Assembly: GCA_963796965.1 (NCBI GenBank) | Contig: CAWCNS010000006.1 | Location: 1-64,000, forward strand | DNA from: Calditrichia bacterium | Lineage (GTDB): Bacteria > Calditrichota > Calditrichia > JAJRVZ01 | Length of the DNA stretch: 64,000 nt | Direction: 5' to 3' | Part shown: in pieces, positions 40,805 through 52,239 of the stretch | Layout: each line of letters begins with the position of its first letter | Position numbering within the stretch: the first letter of the stretch is position 1 | Notes under the pieces: model-generated | What the model was told of the DNA's origin: nothing | Databases searched by the model: none | What the model saw: the letters and a program-made list of their open reading frames with translations, nothing else | Program-made: the position numbers and the translations under genes

Positions 40805-42166
40805 ATGAGAAAATCTTTGATACATATCCTGTTTACGTTCCTACTATTTTCAATTGCGTCTGCCCAATCTGTCTCACTCAGTATAACAAACCAAGATTTA
40901 GCCCTTGTTGAAGAAACACGAGACATTACCGTAAATAAGACAGTAAGCACAATTGATTTGGTCGATTTACCCAGATTATTGGATCCAACTTCAGTTCATG
41001 CTGTATTTCAACCCTCTTCCATTGAACTATTAGAGCAAAATTTTATTTATGAACAAGCTAATATCCAAAACATATTGAAAAAAACTGTCGGGGAACCAAT
41101 CCGTTTATTGCATCCAGAACTTGGTACCATTCAAGGGACTGTGCTTTCATTCCAAGACGGCACAATTGTTGTCCAGACGGCTGAAAATGAATTGCGAATT
41201 ATTCCTCACTATTCCACATCCCATTTGGTTTTAGAAAAATCAGCCGGGAAATTCAAAGATCATTTTTCACAGCCAAAAATTTCCTGGCGTTTAAAATCAA
41301 AATCCCAAACTAAGGCAAAAGCGAAAATCTCTTATCTTACAGGTGGGCTTCATTGGAAAGCGGATTATACAGCAATAGTTGGAGAGGAAGAAGAAAATAT
41401 TACTCTGGCATCTTTGGTTACAATAATTAACGAATCTGGAAAATCATATTATCAGGCTGATTTAACATTAATTGCAGGAGAATTACACAAGGCACATGCT
41501 CGACCACCTTTTCCATCAGCACGTAGCGGAAGGGTTATGGAAATGAGTGCAAAAATGGATAGCCCTTTTGAAGAAAGCAAATCTTTCGAATACCATACCT
41601 ATCATTTGGATAGCAAATTCGATCTTCAGAACATAGAGACGAAACAAATACCCCTTTTCACTTCAACCGTAGCCAGAGCTAACAAATCTTATAACTATAA
41701 TTATCAAAGAGATCCGGAAAATGTTTCCGTATTTTTTAGTATCGAGAACAGTAAAAAGAATAATTTAGGGATACCGCTTCCAGAGGGCCAAATCCGAATC
41801 TATAAACGAGATCATGGTCGATTGCTGATCCTCGGTGAGGATTTCATTTCTAACACACCCAAAGATGAGATTGTAAAGATTGAAGTTGGTAAGGCTTTTG
41901 ATATAAAAGCCGAGCGCTCTGTTCTGGAACAGAGGCGAGAAGGTAAAAATACTGAAAAGCAAAAGATCGCTATTGAATTACGAAATCGTAAAGATGATGA
42001 TGTAATAATTAACGTGGTTGAACCATTAATACGTCATCGCAATGCAAGAATATTGAATAGTAATTATAAAGTTCATCAACAAACTGCCGATAAAGTTGAA
42101 TTCCTTATTCCCATAAAGTCGGGTCAAACTGAATCCTTAAATTTTGAATTAATTTATACCTGGTAA
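40805..42166 (+). CDS. DUF4139 domain secreted protein
   Basis: LALVEETR, LEQNF.Y, SYLTGGLHWKADY, LGIPLPEG.IRIY, GKAFDI. Confidence 0.85.
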   Translation: MRKSLIHILFTFLLFSIASAQSVSLSITNQDLALVEETRDITVNKTVSTIDLVDLPRLLDPTSVHAVFQPSSIELLEQNFIYEQANIQNILKKTVGEPIRLLHPELGTIQGTVLSFQDGTIVVQTAENELRIIPHYSTSHLVLEKSAGKFKDHFSQPKISWRLKSKSQTKAKAKISYLTGGLHWKADYTAIVGEEEENITLASLVTIINESGKSYYQADLTLIAGELHKAHARPPFPSARSGRVMEMSAKMDSPFEESKSFEYHTYHLDSKFDLQNIETKQIPLFTSTVARANKSYNYNYQRDPENVSVFFSIENSKKNNLGIPLPEGQIRIYKRDHGRLLILGEDFISNTPKDEIVKIEVGKAFDIKAERSVLEQRREGKNTEKQKIAIELRNRKDDDVIINVVEPLIRHRNARILNSNYKVHQQTADKVEFLIPIKSGQTESLNFELIYTW

Positions 42167-42178
42167 TTATAGAACAAA

Positions 42179-44272
42179 ATGACGCCAAACAAAGAACAAC
42201 ATCGATCACCAAAACCTGAAAATAATTCAAATTCCAATCCAGGACATAATCTCCCTTACTCTCTACGCTCCCATCTCTATAGTAAGATTGAGACTGAGTT
42301 ATTTTCCCAACAGAAAGTATTTATACGCTGTTCAAATCATCTCCATCAAATCAAATACTTAACGTGGAGCGAGATCAATAAGCAGCATGAATTTTACCCC
42401 CATGAAGACAGTTTTTTAGAAAAGTTTTCTGCGCTCTTCAAAAGAAATATTCGCGTTCCAAATACGCCGGAAGTGAACGAATATATTTCATATTTACGTG
42501 AGACTATTTCTGATGAAATCGCTAAGCGCGTAAAAGAAGAAATGGATCTTAAAGAAAAATTGTCCAGACAACGTAAGCTAAAAACAAGTGAAGATCAGAG
42601 CATAGATCACGATGAAGCTTACTACCGTTCGCATCCAGAGTATAAACGATACAGAAATCATCTCGGTGAAACCCGGTGGATGACAAATAGAGAACGAGAA
42701 AGTCAAGATGAATTCACCGAGGAAGTCCAGTCTGCATTGCGGACAATTATTCAGGGTTTAAAATGGATAGTACCGATAATTTTAGTACTCTCTGCTCTGA
42801 TTTACCTATTTAAGCCAGATCTCTTTAATCCACCTAAACGTGGATACCTTCTGGTTTTTGCTAATGAGCGACGTGGAAATCTTTACATAAACGAAAAATT
42901 GCGGCTTGGTACGTCTCTCAATACCCCCATCAAACTGTTGACCGGGAAATACCAGATCACGTATAACAAAGATGGTTTTGAATCAGCGCCCGCGTATGTC
43001 AACGTCGACATCAAAGACCAGGATACAACAAAAGTTGCTTTTGTTCTGCTTCGTGTGAAAAGAGATGAGAAGGCATTAGTCAGAATAAATGCCATTCATC
43101 AGGATGCAAAAGTTTTTGTAGAAAATAGTTTCTATGGCCGATTAAAAGACAACAAAAATTTGTATTTAGATCCCGGTAAACATCGAATTGCTCTAAAAAA
43201 GGATAAATATGTTGCGTCACCTCCCTATGTTGATCTTTCTCTAAATGCTGGTGATTCAGTTACCGTCAATTTTGACTTTGTCTCCCGATCAACTGCGCGA
43301 ACAAGAAATACCACCGAGGACAATATTGGGATGGTAGAAATTATCTCTAACATTGCAGATGCTAAAATTATTGTAGATGGAGAAGATTCCGGCCATCGTA
43401 CGGATTATATATTTCATAAGATTCCTTTTGGTGAACACATTGTTACAGTTCAAAAAGATGGATATATGGTCGATCCCTCACAAAAATTAGTTCGCCTAAC
43501 AGAACTAAATCCTCATCACCGATTGCATTTTAAACTGCGTAAAGCGGACATTGCTGTATCAATAAGGACGGCACCTGTTAGAGGAAAAATATTTTTAGAT
43601 GGAAGTCAGAAGGGAGAGGGGGAATGGAAAGGCAGCTTGGCTCCAGGAAAATATAAAGTTCGTCTTGGTCCAATTGATCTTTTTCAAACACCGGATTCTC
43701 GGACCATCGAAGTGGGAGATAATCTCAAATCCAATTTTACATTTACTTATACGCCCATTTTCAGTGTCGCTTTTAGTCCGGAGTGGATCAGGCCTAAAAA
43801 TAAATCTGGAAGTATTCAAATAGGTTATTTGGATGAGGATAGAAATTTTAATTCTGATCCAAGCAATGCTCCAGAGATCCTTAAACCTGAGCCCTTTAAT
43901 GAAAAGGTCTGGGTATTGGGTTATGCCTTTGCCTATCGTAACCCCCCCCTTAATGATGCGATTGTATTTACATTTGATGTTCCAGAGTCGATCAATTTGA
44001 AAAATAATATGTGGCTCAAAATGTGGGGTTACCGCACCGATGAAAAGTATCCCCTGCAGTTTACTAATGTGAGTGAAATTAATATATCAATCAACAACCG
44101 TATCATTCAGGAAGATTATACGCCCAAGTATTCTATCGAAGAAGCGGGTAAGAATAATTTTGAAAGATTCCGGGTAAACAACTTGCTCCACCGGGGGAAA
44201 AACCGCTTATTAATATCAACCAGTTCTGTTAACACCACATATTTTGCCCTTTGGAAGATCGCTATAGAATAG
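42179..44272 (+). CDS. Membrane-anchored PEGA-domain protein
   Basis: One TM near residue 195 then repeated PEGA-like units (AKIIVDGEDSG..T...GEHIVTVQKDGY). Confidence 0.75.
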   Translation: MTPNKEQHRSPKPENNSNSNPGHNLPYSLRSHLYSKIETELFSQQKVFIRCSNHLHQIKYLTWSEINKQHEFYPHEDSFLEKFSALFKRNIRVPNTPEVNEYISYLRETISDEIAKRVKEEMDLKEKLSRQRKLKTSEDQSIDHDEAYYRSHPEYKRYRNHLGETRWMTNRERESQDEFTEEVQSALRTIIQGLKWIVPIILVLSALIYLFKPDLFNPPKRGYLLVFANERRGNLYINEKLRLGTSLNTPIKLLTGKYQITYNKDGFESAPAYVNVDIKDQDTTKVAFVLLRVKRDEKALVRINAIHQDAKVFVENSFYGRLKDNKNLYLDPGKHRIALKKDKYVASPPYVDLSLNAGDSVTVNFDFVSRSTARTRNTTEDNIGMVEIISNIADAKIIVDGEDSGHRTDYIFHKIPFGEHIVTVQKDGYMVDPSQKLVRLTELNPHHRLHFKLRKADIAVSIRTAPVRGKIFLDGSQKGEGEWKGSLAPGKYKVRLGPIDLFQTPDSRTIEVGDNLKSNFTFTYTPIFSVAFSPEWIRPKNKSGSIQIGYLDEDRNFNSDPSNAPEILKPEPFNEKVWVLGYAFAYRNPPLNDAIVFTFDVPESINLKNNMWLKMWGYRTDEKYPLQFTNVSEINISINNRIIQEDYTPKYSIEEAGKNNFERFRVNNLLHRGKNRLLISTSSVNTTYFALWKIAIE

Positions 44273-44466
44273 ATGATGGAATAGTATAAGAATTTTATTC
44301 CCCCTCTCCTCCCGGCCCCTGTTTGATTCATTATGCTTTATCGAGTAAATTCAGATATTAATAATTATATAGATTCTTTAAAATTAGCATATAAAATTTA
44401 AAGACGCGCTTACTCCCATCGCTCAAAATATAAGCGTACAAGACTAAAATTACTCATCACCAACCC

Positions 44467-45810
44467 ATGCAGAAAACAACTGATCTATTTATACATAATC
44501 ACAGAGAAAAAGATATTACTCTCATTCCCCTTGCGGAAAGATGTCGTCCATCGAGTTTTGACGCGGTAATTGGACATGATAATTATTTTGGGAAGAATTC
44601 TCTACTTCGGCGCCAGATTGAATCCGGAAAATTCCCATCTCTGATCTTATGGGGTCCTCCTGGGGTAGGAAAAACAACATTAGCAAAAGTAATAGCCCGT
44701 GAATGTGACCTACCATTTTCAATGCTATCAGCCGTCACTTCTGGAAAAAAGGAATTAAAGGCGGTTATTGATAAATCGCAATTCGAAATCAATCATGAGC
44801 AAAAAAATCACCTTTTATTCATAGATGAAATTCATCGCTACAATAAAGCCCAACAAGATGGTCTGCTCCATGCTGTTGAAGATGGAACGATTAAACTTAT
44901 TGGCGCAACAACCGAGAATCCTTCCTTTGAAGTGATTGCACCCTTGCTTTCAAGATGTCAGGTAATCAAGCTCGAACCTCTTACAGAAACATCATTAAAG
45001 GAAATAGTATTACAGGCCATTCAAAAAGATCCTATTCTCACGCAGCAGGAAATAGAAATCCCCGGTATGGAACTCTTAATTCACTATGGTTCCGGTGATG
45101 CCCGGCGAATGCTGAATTTATTAGAAAGCTGCATTGCCCAGGCTGGAGAGAATGATAGTCCGATTAAACTCGATGAACATCTAGTCAGAGAAGCAGCACA
45201 ACACAACACGTTGTTGTATGATAAACAAGGTGATTACCACTATGATCTAATTTCTGCATTTATTAAAAGCGTTCGGGGTAGCGATCCGGATGCAACTGTT
45301 TATTATCTGGCACGTATGCTTGAAGCAGGAGAGGATCCTGTATTTATTGCAAGACGTTTGATCATTTTGGCTTCTGAGGATATCGGAAATGCCGAGCCTT
45401 ATGCGTTATCGCTGGCAACGGCAGGATTACAGGCAGTGCATGCCATTGGGATGCCGGAAGCACGAATTGTATTATCACAAGTAGGAACCTATTTAGCATC
45501 CTGTCCTAAAAGTAATGCTGCTTATCTGGCTATAGACAAGGCAGGAGAAGATGTGAGAGCTAATCCTTCTCTTTCTGTTCCAATGCATCTCCGAAATGCA
45601 CCGACAAAATTGATGAAGGAAATGAAATATGGGGAAAATTATCAATACCCTCATGATTTTCCCGAACATTTTGTGGTGGATACGTATTTACCCGAGAAAC
45701 TCAAAAATCGTATCTATTATGATCCAACATCTTTGGGGAGGGAAAAGATCCTCAAAGAGCGTCTGGATAATTTTTGGCCAAAACGATCAGACAAGAAACA
45801 GGAAAAATAG
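44467..45810 (+). CDS. rarA: Replication-associated recombination protein A
   Basis: PLAERCRP, WGPPGVGKTT, FIDEIHR, HYDLISAFIKSVRGSDPDA, VPMHLRNAPT. Confidence 0.96.
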   Translation: MQKTTDLFIHNHREKDITLIPLAERCRPSSFDAVIGHDNYFGKNSLLRRQIESGKFPSLILWGPPGVGKTTLAKVIARECDLPFSMLSAVTSGKKELKAVIDKSQFEINHEQKNHLLFIDEIHRYNKAQQDGLLHAVEDGTIKLIGATTENPSFEVIAPLLSRCQVIKLEPLTETSLKEIVLQAIQKDPILTQQEIEIPGMELLIHYGSGDARRMLNLLESCIAQAGENDSPIKLDEHLVREAAQHNTLLYDKQGDYHYDLISAFIKSVRGSDPDATVYYLARMLEAGEDPVFIARRLIILASEDIGNAEPYALSLATAGLQAVHAIGMPEARIVLSQVGTYLASCPKSNAAYLAIDKAGEDVRANPSLSVPMHLRNAPTKLMKEMKYGENYQYPHDFPEHFVVDTYLPEKLKNRIYYDPTSLGREKILKERLDNFWPKRSDKKQEK

Positions 45811-45813
45811 TAA

Positions 45814-46362
45814 ATGGAAATCAGATCACAAAATTTTATAAAAAACTATTTTTTAGAGAGATTACTCGATGCCCGTCTTTATTTTATGAAGGATAAAGGA
45901 AACGAGACGGACTTTCTTGAGGCTATTAGAAATATAAAGAAGATTTTAGTCATATTACCTATCAATCGATCAGATGAAATTAATTCCCGAAAGTTTATCA
46001 AGACGATTCAATCAGAACTTGGCAAAGTTAAAATATCTACACTTGATCTAACGACGTTACGAAAAAGTGATACCAATTGGCTCGGAGTGCCCAATCATCA
46101 GTATCTAACTAATATTCAGAGTGAGGATTTTGATCTTATGATGGATCTTAACAATTACCATGATCGGGTATGTGTTTATTTGGGCGCCCTAACCGATGCC
46201 CCCCTAAGAGTGCATGCCAGCCGCGGTAAATTTGATAAAATCTATAATCTGGAAATTCGGACTTCTGGCGATTCCAACCTGAATGAGAGATACCAGAGTA
46301 TTTTAACCTATCTCTCCCAATTGCGTAGAAGAAAAGATTCCCTGGCTCAATCGAAATTTTAA
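45814..46362 (+). CDS. Conserved hypothetical protein (DUF6913-like)
   Basis: NWLGVP, EDFDLMMDLN motifs; 3 nt after rarA stop. Confidence 0.6.
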   Translation: MEIRSQNFIKNYFLERLLDARLYFMKDKGNETDFLEAIRNIKKILVILPINRSDEINSRKFIKTIQSELGKVKISTLDLTTLRKSDTNWLGVPNHQYLTNIQSEDFDLMMDLNNYHDRVCVYLGALTDAPLRVHASRGKFDKIYNLEIRTSGDSNLNERYQSILTYLSQLRRRKDSLAQSKF

Positions 46363-46404
46363 TGATGAGCCCGATTTTATCAATAATAACCCATAGAATC
46401 TGAT

Positions 46405-47752
46405 ATGAATCTTATCCTCAAATTTCATTTAATCCAAATCTACAATTTCTGGCGTCATCTTGGGTTAAGAATTCAAATTGAAATTATTATCCTTTTCGTC
46501 ATCTTCTATTCTTTTTTTACAAGCAAACTAATTATTTTCTTTAATCAGATATTGGATCAACCCAATGTCACCGATTGGGGACTAAACGGTTTTGCTATTC
46601 ATACCTTTCTCTTCATCGCCCTGTTTTCAACACCATTTATCTATTTTAAAATGATTCCAAAGCAAAAAGGCTTAAGAATTTTTTATACCCAGCCCCTATC
46701 GGCATCACAGACATTATATTCCATGATTCTTTATTATTTAAAGTATGAATTGATCTTCAGCTCTTCTATATACACCTGTTTTAAGCGCTCTTCTCATCTC
46801 ATCCGGAATTTTTTCTGTCATTTACGGACTTGTTATTTTTATCTCCCTACCCATTTATTCGATCATCATTATTCATTTTTTGTCCACAAAATCAGATAAA
46901 AAATCCACAATTATCCTTAAGTATAATCTACTAAGTGTGGGATATTTTGCAGGATATTTTTATTTATACTGGAATACAGGCCTGGCTGTATACTATGATC
47001 TGTTGATTGTAGCAGCTCTCTCATTCATCCTTCGCCATATTTGGCGATTTCACTGGCATACCTGGGATCAGATAATTCAAAGGTTCAGCTCGCTGCTAGA
47101 ACAGTCTGAAAAAGAATTAACGGGAATTCATTATTCAAACTTATCATTTATTAGACCAAAGGCCATTCGGCCACTTTATATCAAGGACTTCTTGTCACAA
47201 TTTCGAAATAAACATTACATAAGACTCAAAATAGTAAGTTTATTGCTATTAATTTCTGCCCTCCTCATCGTCGAGATCTTTTTCGAAGAGAGTTTTCTCC
47301 CCGCCCTTTCCATCCTCTCACTTATATTGATTTGGGAGCATTATTCTCACCAATTTAACGAAAAATATTCTGGAAGGGAGCCGCGATATTTTTACAAAGT
47401 TTTACCGATCAGGTTTTATCAGGTTATTCTTGCAAAATTTATGAGTGAATTTTTATATATTTTGATAATCACTTTGATTCTCTTCGTTTTCCTAGCCATA
47501 CATCAGATTTCGTTACTAAACATTTTTATATTTACCGGAATGGTGCTTATCATTTCGGCCTTTATTCTGTATCTGATGATCCTGGTTCGCACACTTTTTT
47601 ATGACAATCCCCGTTTTGCCGGATATGCCTATCATTTGATGCTCATTTTTACAATTGTTATGATAATTAATTTTCATTTGGTGGGGCCTATTGTAACCAT
47701 TGGTATATTGATTTATCTAAATATTAAGAGTTATCGTCAGTTTAATAATTGA
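46405..47752 (+). CDS. Putative ABC exporter permease; frameshifted near 46760-46880
   Basis: Two hydrophobic ORFs with repeated permease halves (FYTQPLS / YKVLPIR..ILAKF), directly upstream of an ABC ATPase. Confidence 0.65.
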
Positions 47753-47759
47753 GGAAAGC

Positions 47760-48479
47760 ATGATAAAAGTTGACAATTTAACCATTCGTTATCCCAAGGT
47801 TCTGGCTGTCGACAATCTTACCTTGGAACTAAAACCGGGTATTGTCTACGGGCTTATTGGCCCAAACGGAGCGGGAAAAAGCTCCCTTTTAAAAAGTTTA
47901 GTGGGCTTAATTTCCGAATATGAAGGTGAAATATATTATGATGATCTTATATTAAGAAAAAACAGGCAGCAAATAAAATCTCTGATCGGGTATGCTCCGG
48001 AAGACCCTGATTTATTTCCTTATTTGACCGGTCGTGAATACTTAAAAATGATATCTGAGATCAGAAATTCAGATAACATACAGCTAATTAATGAGATAGC
48101 TAACGAATTATCGCTGGAATTTACAATTAATGAATTAATCAATCGCTATTCTCATGGGATGCGCCAAAAAATTTCATTTGCAGCGGCCTTGATCGCTAAA
48201 CCACAAAATATAATTCTTGATGAAGCCTTGAACGGATTTGACCCTGTTTCTCTCTATAATGCAAAAAGCATCTTACAACATCTATCCCGGGAAGGAAAAA
48301 CCATCTTGCTCTCTTCTCATGTTCTGGAATTGATGGAAAAATGGTGTGAGGAAATAATTATTATGAATAAAGGTAAAATTATAGACATTTATACAATAGA
48401 GAAAATTGCAGAAATAAAAAAACAAACGGGGAAGGGTTTCAACGAGCATTTTATATCTTTGATCCAGGATGATTCCTGA
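47760..48479 (+). CDS. ABC transporter ATP-binding protein
   Basis: GPNGAGKS, YSHGMRQK, ILDE, SSH. Confidence 0.95.
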   Translation: MIKVDNLTIRYPKVLAVDNLTLELKPGIVYGLIGPNGAGKSSLLKSLVGLISEYEGEIYYDDLILRKNRQQIKSLIGYAPEDPDLFPYLTGREYLKMISEIRNSDNIQLINEIANELSLEFTINELINRYSHGMRQKISFAAALIAKPQNIILDEALNGFDPVSLYNAKSILQHLSREGKTILLSSHVLELMEKWCEEIIIMNKGKIIDIYTIEKIAEIKKQTGKGFNEHFISLIQDDS

Positions 48480-48569
48480 AAATATTTTATAATACCCTGT
48501 AATTGTAAGTTCTATCGTTTGCATAAATCCAAGATTTTACTAACCAATTTGGCCACCTGCAGGGATTAT

Positions 48570-50143
48570 TTACCCCTGAAAAACGATGTCTCCACCAAGT
48601 ACTGTCATTCCAACCTTTAACCCAGCCAGAGAATCCTCGTCTCCAGACTCCAATTCAATTGGCAGAGCAATAAAATCAGCCAGCTTTCCCGGGGATAACG
48701 TACCTTTTAATAATTCTTCATAAGAAGCATAAGCAGCATCGCGGGTATAGGCCCGTAAGGCCTTTACAATGGCTATTGATTGTTCCGGATGCCAGCTCGG
48801 TTCCTTTTTATCCAGAAGATACCGCCGGCCCACAGCTGCCCTGATTCCCTTTATTGGGTCTGGATCGGCTACTGGCATATCCGAGCCAAAAACCACCCGG
48901 CAGCCCGCCTTTATTAGACTTTTAACAGCATAGGTGCTTTTTGTGCGTTCATCCAGGAATTTGTCTGCAATTTTCACATCATCAGATATATGCATGGGTT
49001 GCATGGAAGCTGATAATATCTAATGATCCAAATCTTCCTATATCACTTTCTCGGAGAATCTGCGCATGTTCAATTCTATTACGAAGCCTTTTTTTGCTGG
49101 ATATTTCTCTAACTTTTTCAAGTACATTAAGAGCTTTAAAATTTGCCTTATCACCAATAGCATGTATTGTTGCACTTAAACCCGCTAGGGTTGAACGTTC
49201 AAGTTTTTCATGTAATTCTGCTTCCGTCATTACTTCTATGCCGGCCTGATTTGAGCCTTTATAATTTTCATGCATTTCTGCTGTCTGTGAACCTAGAGAT
49301 CCATCTATAAAATATTTTAGTCCTCCCAGACGAAGCCATTCATTTCCATATCCGGAACAAAGCCCAGAGCAAACAAACTCATCTATATGCTCTACGGGTG
49401 GATGCATACAAATACGGATATTCAAATCCCTTTTCTGTCCTAACTCCTGAAAAAGGCGCCAGATCTCCATACTTTCACAACTATGGGCAGAAGTGATTCC
49501 TAAGGCATACAATTCCGGAAGAAGTAATTCCATGCATTGTTTTAATAAGTCGCTTGTAACTGTCCCAACTCTCCTGTTTACCAAATCACAGGCTTTCTCA
49601 TATACCAAACCGCTTAATTCGCCGGTACTATCACAAACCAATTTACCACCCGTTGGTGTATCCGAAATCGTATTAAAGCCACAAATCTCCATCGCCCGGG
49701 AATTCAACCACTGTCCATGTCCATCCTTATTAAATAAGGCGACAGGATTATCGGAAACTATATTATCCAGGTATTTCTTATGAGGTGATCCATCTTTCCA
49801 GAGGTTTGCATTCCATCCTCCCCCAAGTATCCAGGAGCCCGGTGGACGTTTTTCGGAAAATTCAGCAATCCTCTGGAGAGCTAATTTTAATGTATCACAA
49901 TTGTCAAGCCGCAGATTCATTTTATCAAGCGCAACAGAGGCTATATGCGTATGGCAATCGATAAAACCAGGGTAAATATGTCTTCCTTGTAAATCAATTT
50001 TTTTAACTTGCTGATCAGATATATTTATACCGATTTCGGGGCCAGTATATATTATACGGTCATTGAGAATCAATAAACAATCCGTTATGGGGCGACTATC
50101 ATCTAATGTATGAATAATACCATTGTGAAATAGACTTATACAT
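48570..50143 (-). CDS. Amidohydrolase 3 (YtcJ-like); frameshifted
   Basis: PGFIDCHTH, KYFIDGSLGS, IHAIGDKA, RIEHAQ, MQPMH, FGSDMPV, GKLADF; N-terminal LFHNGIIHTLD lies upstream of the ORF-track start. Confidence 0.88.
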
Positions 50144-50286
50144 CGGTCTTCCCTATGATAGTATTTTGAAAGATTAAAAATTAATGATTAAAAGTTAAAG
50201 AAAAAAATGACATGAAAGTTATGGAGGAACAGATTATAGTGGGACTAAATAATTCTTAGAGAATAGAATAGGACAAAAAAAAGCCC

Positions 50287-50604
50287 TCATTCAGAGGGCT
50301 CTTCATTAATTTTAATTTCATCATCTTTTATATATTTATATTTCAGCTTTCCATCTAGTAATTCAACTTGAGCAATCACGGTCGGGTTAATCTCCCTCTC
50401 GTGTTCAATTCCTTCCATGAACTCCCGGTCATATATATCGAGCTCCTGATCGTATCCTGATTCTTCCAGGACTTCCTTCTCTCTTCTTTCGGCAATCCGG
50501 CCGGTGTTTATTTCTCGTGCACGTTTAGCAATAACAAGACATGCTTCATAAACATTGTCAGAATTATCTTCCAGACTTAATAGATCCAATGTTTTTATGG
50601 CCAT
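50287..50604 (-). CDS. rpoZ: RNA polymerase omega subunit
   Basis: NVYEACLVIAKRAREIN...PTVIA..ELLDGKLKY, Bacteroidota/Chlorobi-like omega. Confidence 0.8.
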   Translation of the reverse strand: MAIKTLDLLSLEDNSDNVYEACLVIAKRAREINTGRIAERREKEVLEESGYDQELDIYDREFMEGIEHEREINPTVIAQVELLDGKLKYKYIKDDEIKINEEPSE

Positions 50605-50893
50605 GAACTCCTCCAGGTTAATTCCAAGTTAAGCCCGTAAATTTAATATATAATAAGTCGCGTGTCAACTTATTTGCATGCTATTTCTAAAGGTGATATT
50701 AATGGAGGTGCTTTTTGATTTTGGTAAGTCCTTATACCTAGGGTACCCGCTGCCCTTCTCCGGTCTAAACTTTTAAGCACAAGAATAAATGCGGGGAGAT
50801 GGGTTATTCAATCATACCTTTTATAAATTTATTCCAACCCAAACACATGAATAAAACAAGTAATACCATATTGACTTAATACTTTTCAGATAA

Positions 50894-52120
50894 CTAACGG
50901 ATCGAAAGATTTGGAAGATCTTCCCCCTCCAATCTTGCCACGACAACCGCTCCAACACTATCACTCAACACATTGATCGTGGTACGAAACATATCCAATA
51001 CCCGGTCCACAGCAAGAATTATTGCAACACCTTCAAGGGGCAAGCCTACGGCTTTAAGAATAATGGACATCATTACCAAACCACTCATGGGTACACTAGC
51101 AGCACCTATTGAAGCAAGTAAGGCCGTAATCACAACGATCATTTGCGAACCCACAGATAATTCTATCCCATATACCTGGGCAATAAAAATTGTGGCCGCA
51201 CATTCATATAGTGCTGTACCATCCATGTTAACGGTTGCTCCAATAGGTAAAGTAAAACTGGCAACTTTCTTGGATACCTGAGAGTTTCCGGTTACAGCAT
51301 CCATAGTTAAGGGTAATGTTACCATCGATGAACAGGTGGAAAATGCCGTTAACAGCGCTGCAGGCATACCTTTATAATGCTTAATTGGTCTAACCATTGC
51401 TATGAATCTTAAAAGAGCGGGAAGACTAATGGCGGCGTGAATAAATAATCCTAAAAGGACAATTAGAAAATATAAACCTAATGAATTAAAAGCAGAGAAG
51501 CCGGTTTTCGCAACAATTCTGGCCATAATACCAAAGACACCCAATGGTGCTGCCCAAACCACAAAGTGCGTGACTTTCATCATTGTTTCGAAAGAGGCCT
51601 GAAAAAATGTAGATAATTCTCGTTTTGGTTTATCAGCTAATCGGGTAATAAAATAGCCAAAAAGTATACAAAAAAATATGACGGGAAGAACATCACCTGC
51701 AGCCATTGCTTTAAATGGATTTTCGGGAATAATATTTAAAAGTAAATCACTTAAGGACTGATCTGCGGCACTTACATGCTGCGGTTTTTCTTCAAGACCA
51801 ATTACGGCCCCTACCCCTGGTTTAAAGATATTAACAAGTAATAATCCTGTCATTATAGCAAGAAAACTACTCAGAATGTAGTATCCAAATGTTTTAATAC
51901 TTAAGCGACCCAACCCCGCGCCGTCTCCAACACTTACAACTCCCGAAATAATTGAGGTTATTATGAGTGGAATAATTGCCATACGCAGCAATCTTAGAAA
52001 TATATTGGCAAAGAAATCAGCATAAGGGATTATTGGTAATCCAATAAACCAGCCTGATATGGCCCCCAAAAGCAAGCCAATAAATATATAGTGGGTCAGG
52101 TTTGGCTTTTTGAAAATCAT
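50894..52120 (-). CDS. Dicarboxylate/amino acid:cation symporter (GltP family)
   Basis: FLRLLRM.IIPL, AFSTCSS, GATVNMDGT, DRVLDMFRT. Confidence 0.95.
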   Translation of the reverse strand: MIFKKPNLTHYIFIGLLLGAISGWFIGLPIIPYADFFANIFLRLLRMAIIPLIITSIISGVVSVGDGAGLGRLSIKTFGYYILSSFLAIMTGLLLVNIFKPGVGAVIGLEEKPQHVSAADQSLSDLLLNIIPENPFKAMAAGDVLPVIFFCILFGYFITRLADKPKRELSTFFQASFETMMKVTHFVVWAAPLGVFGIMARIVAKTGFSAFNSLGLYFLIVLLGLFIHAAISLPALLRFIAMVRPIKHYKGMPAALLTAFSTCSSMVTLPLTMDAVTGNSQVSKKVASFTLPIGATVNMDGTALYECAATIFIAQVYGIELSVGSQMIVVITALLASIGAASVPMSGLVMMSIILKAVGLPLEGVAIILAVDRVLDMFRTTINVLSDSVGAVVVARLEGEDLPNLSIR

Positions 52121-52239
52121 GCGGAATTATAAATTTAAAATTATTCACAGCGATAAATTCAGATATAATTTAATTAATTGATACGGATCACAAGATGCGC
52201 GATAAATGGCATTGGGTTTAGACATCAGGGCAAAAAAGA

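Noticed and set aside
50700..50830. Possible ncRNA between the symporter gene and rpoZ
   Set aside because: A slightly GC-richer patch with short palindromes only; no recognisable family features.
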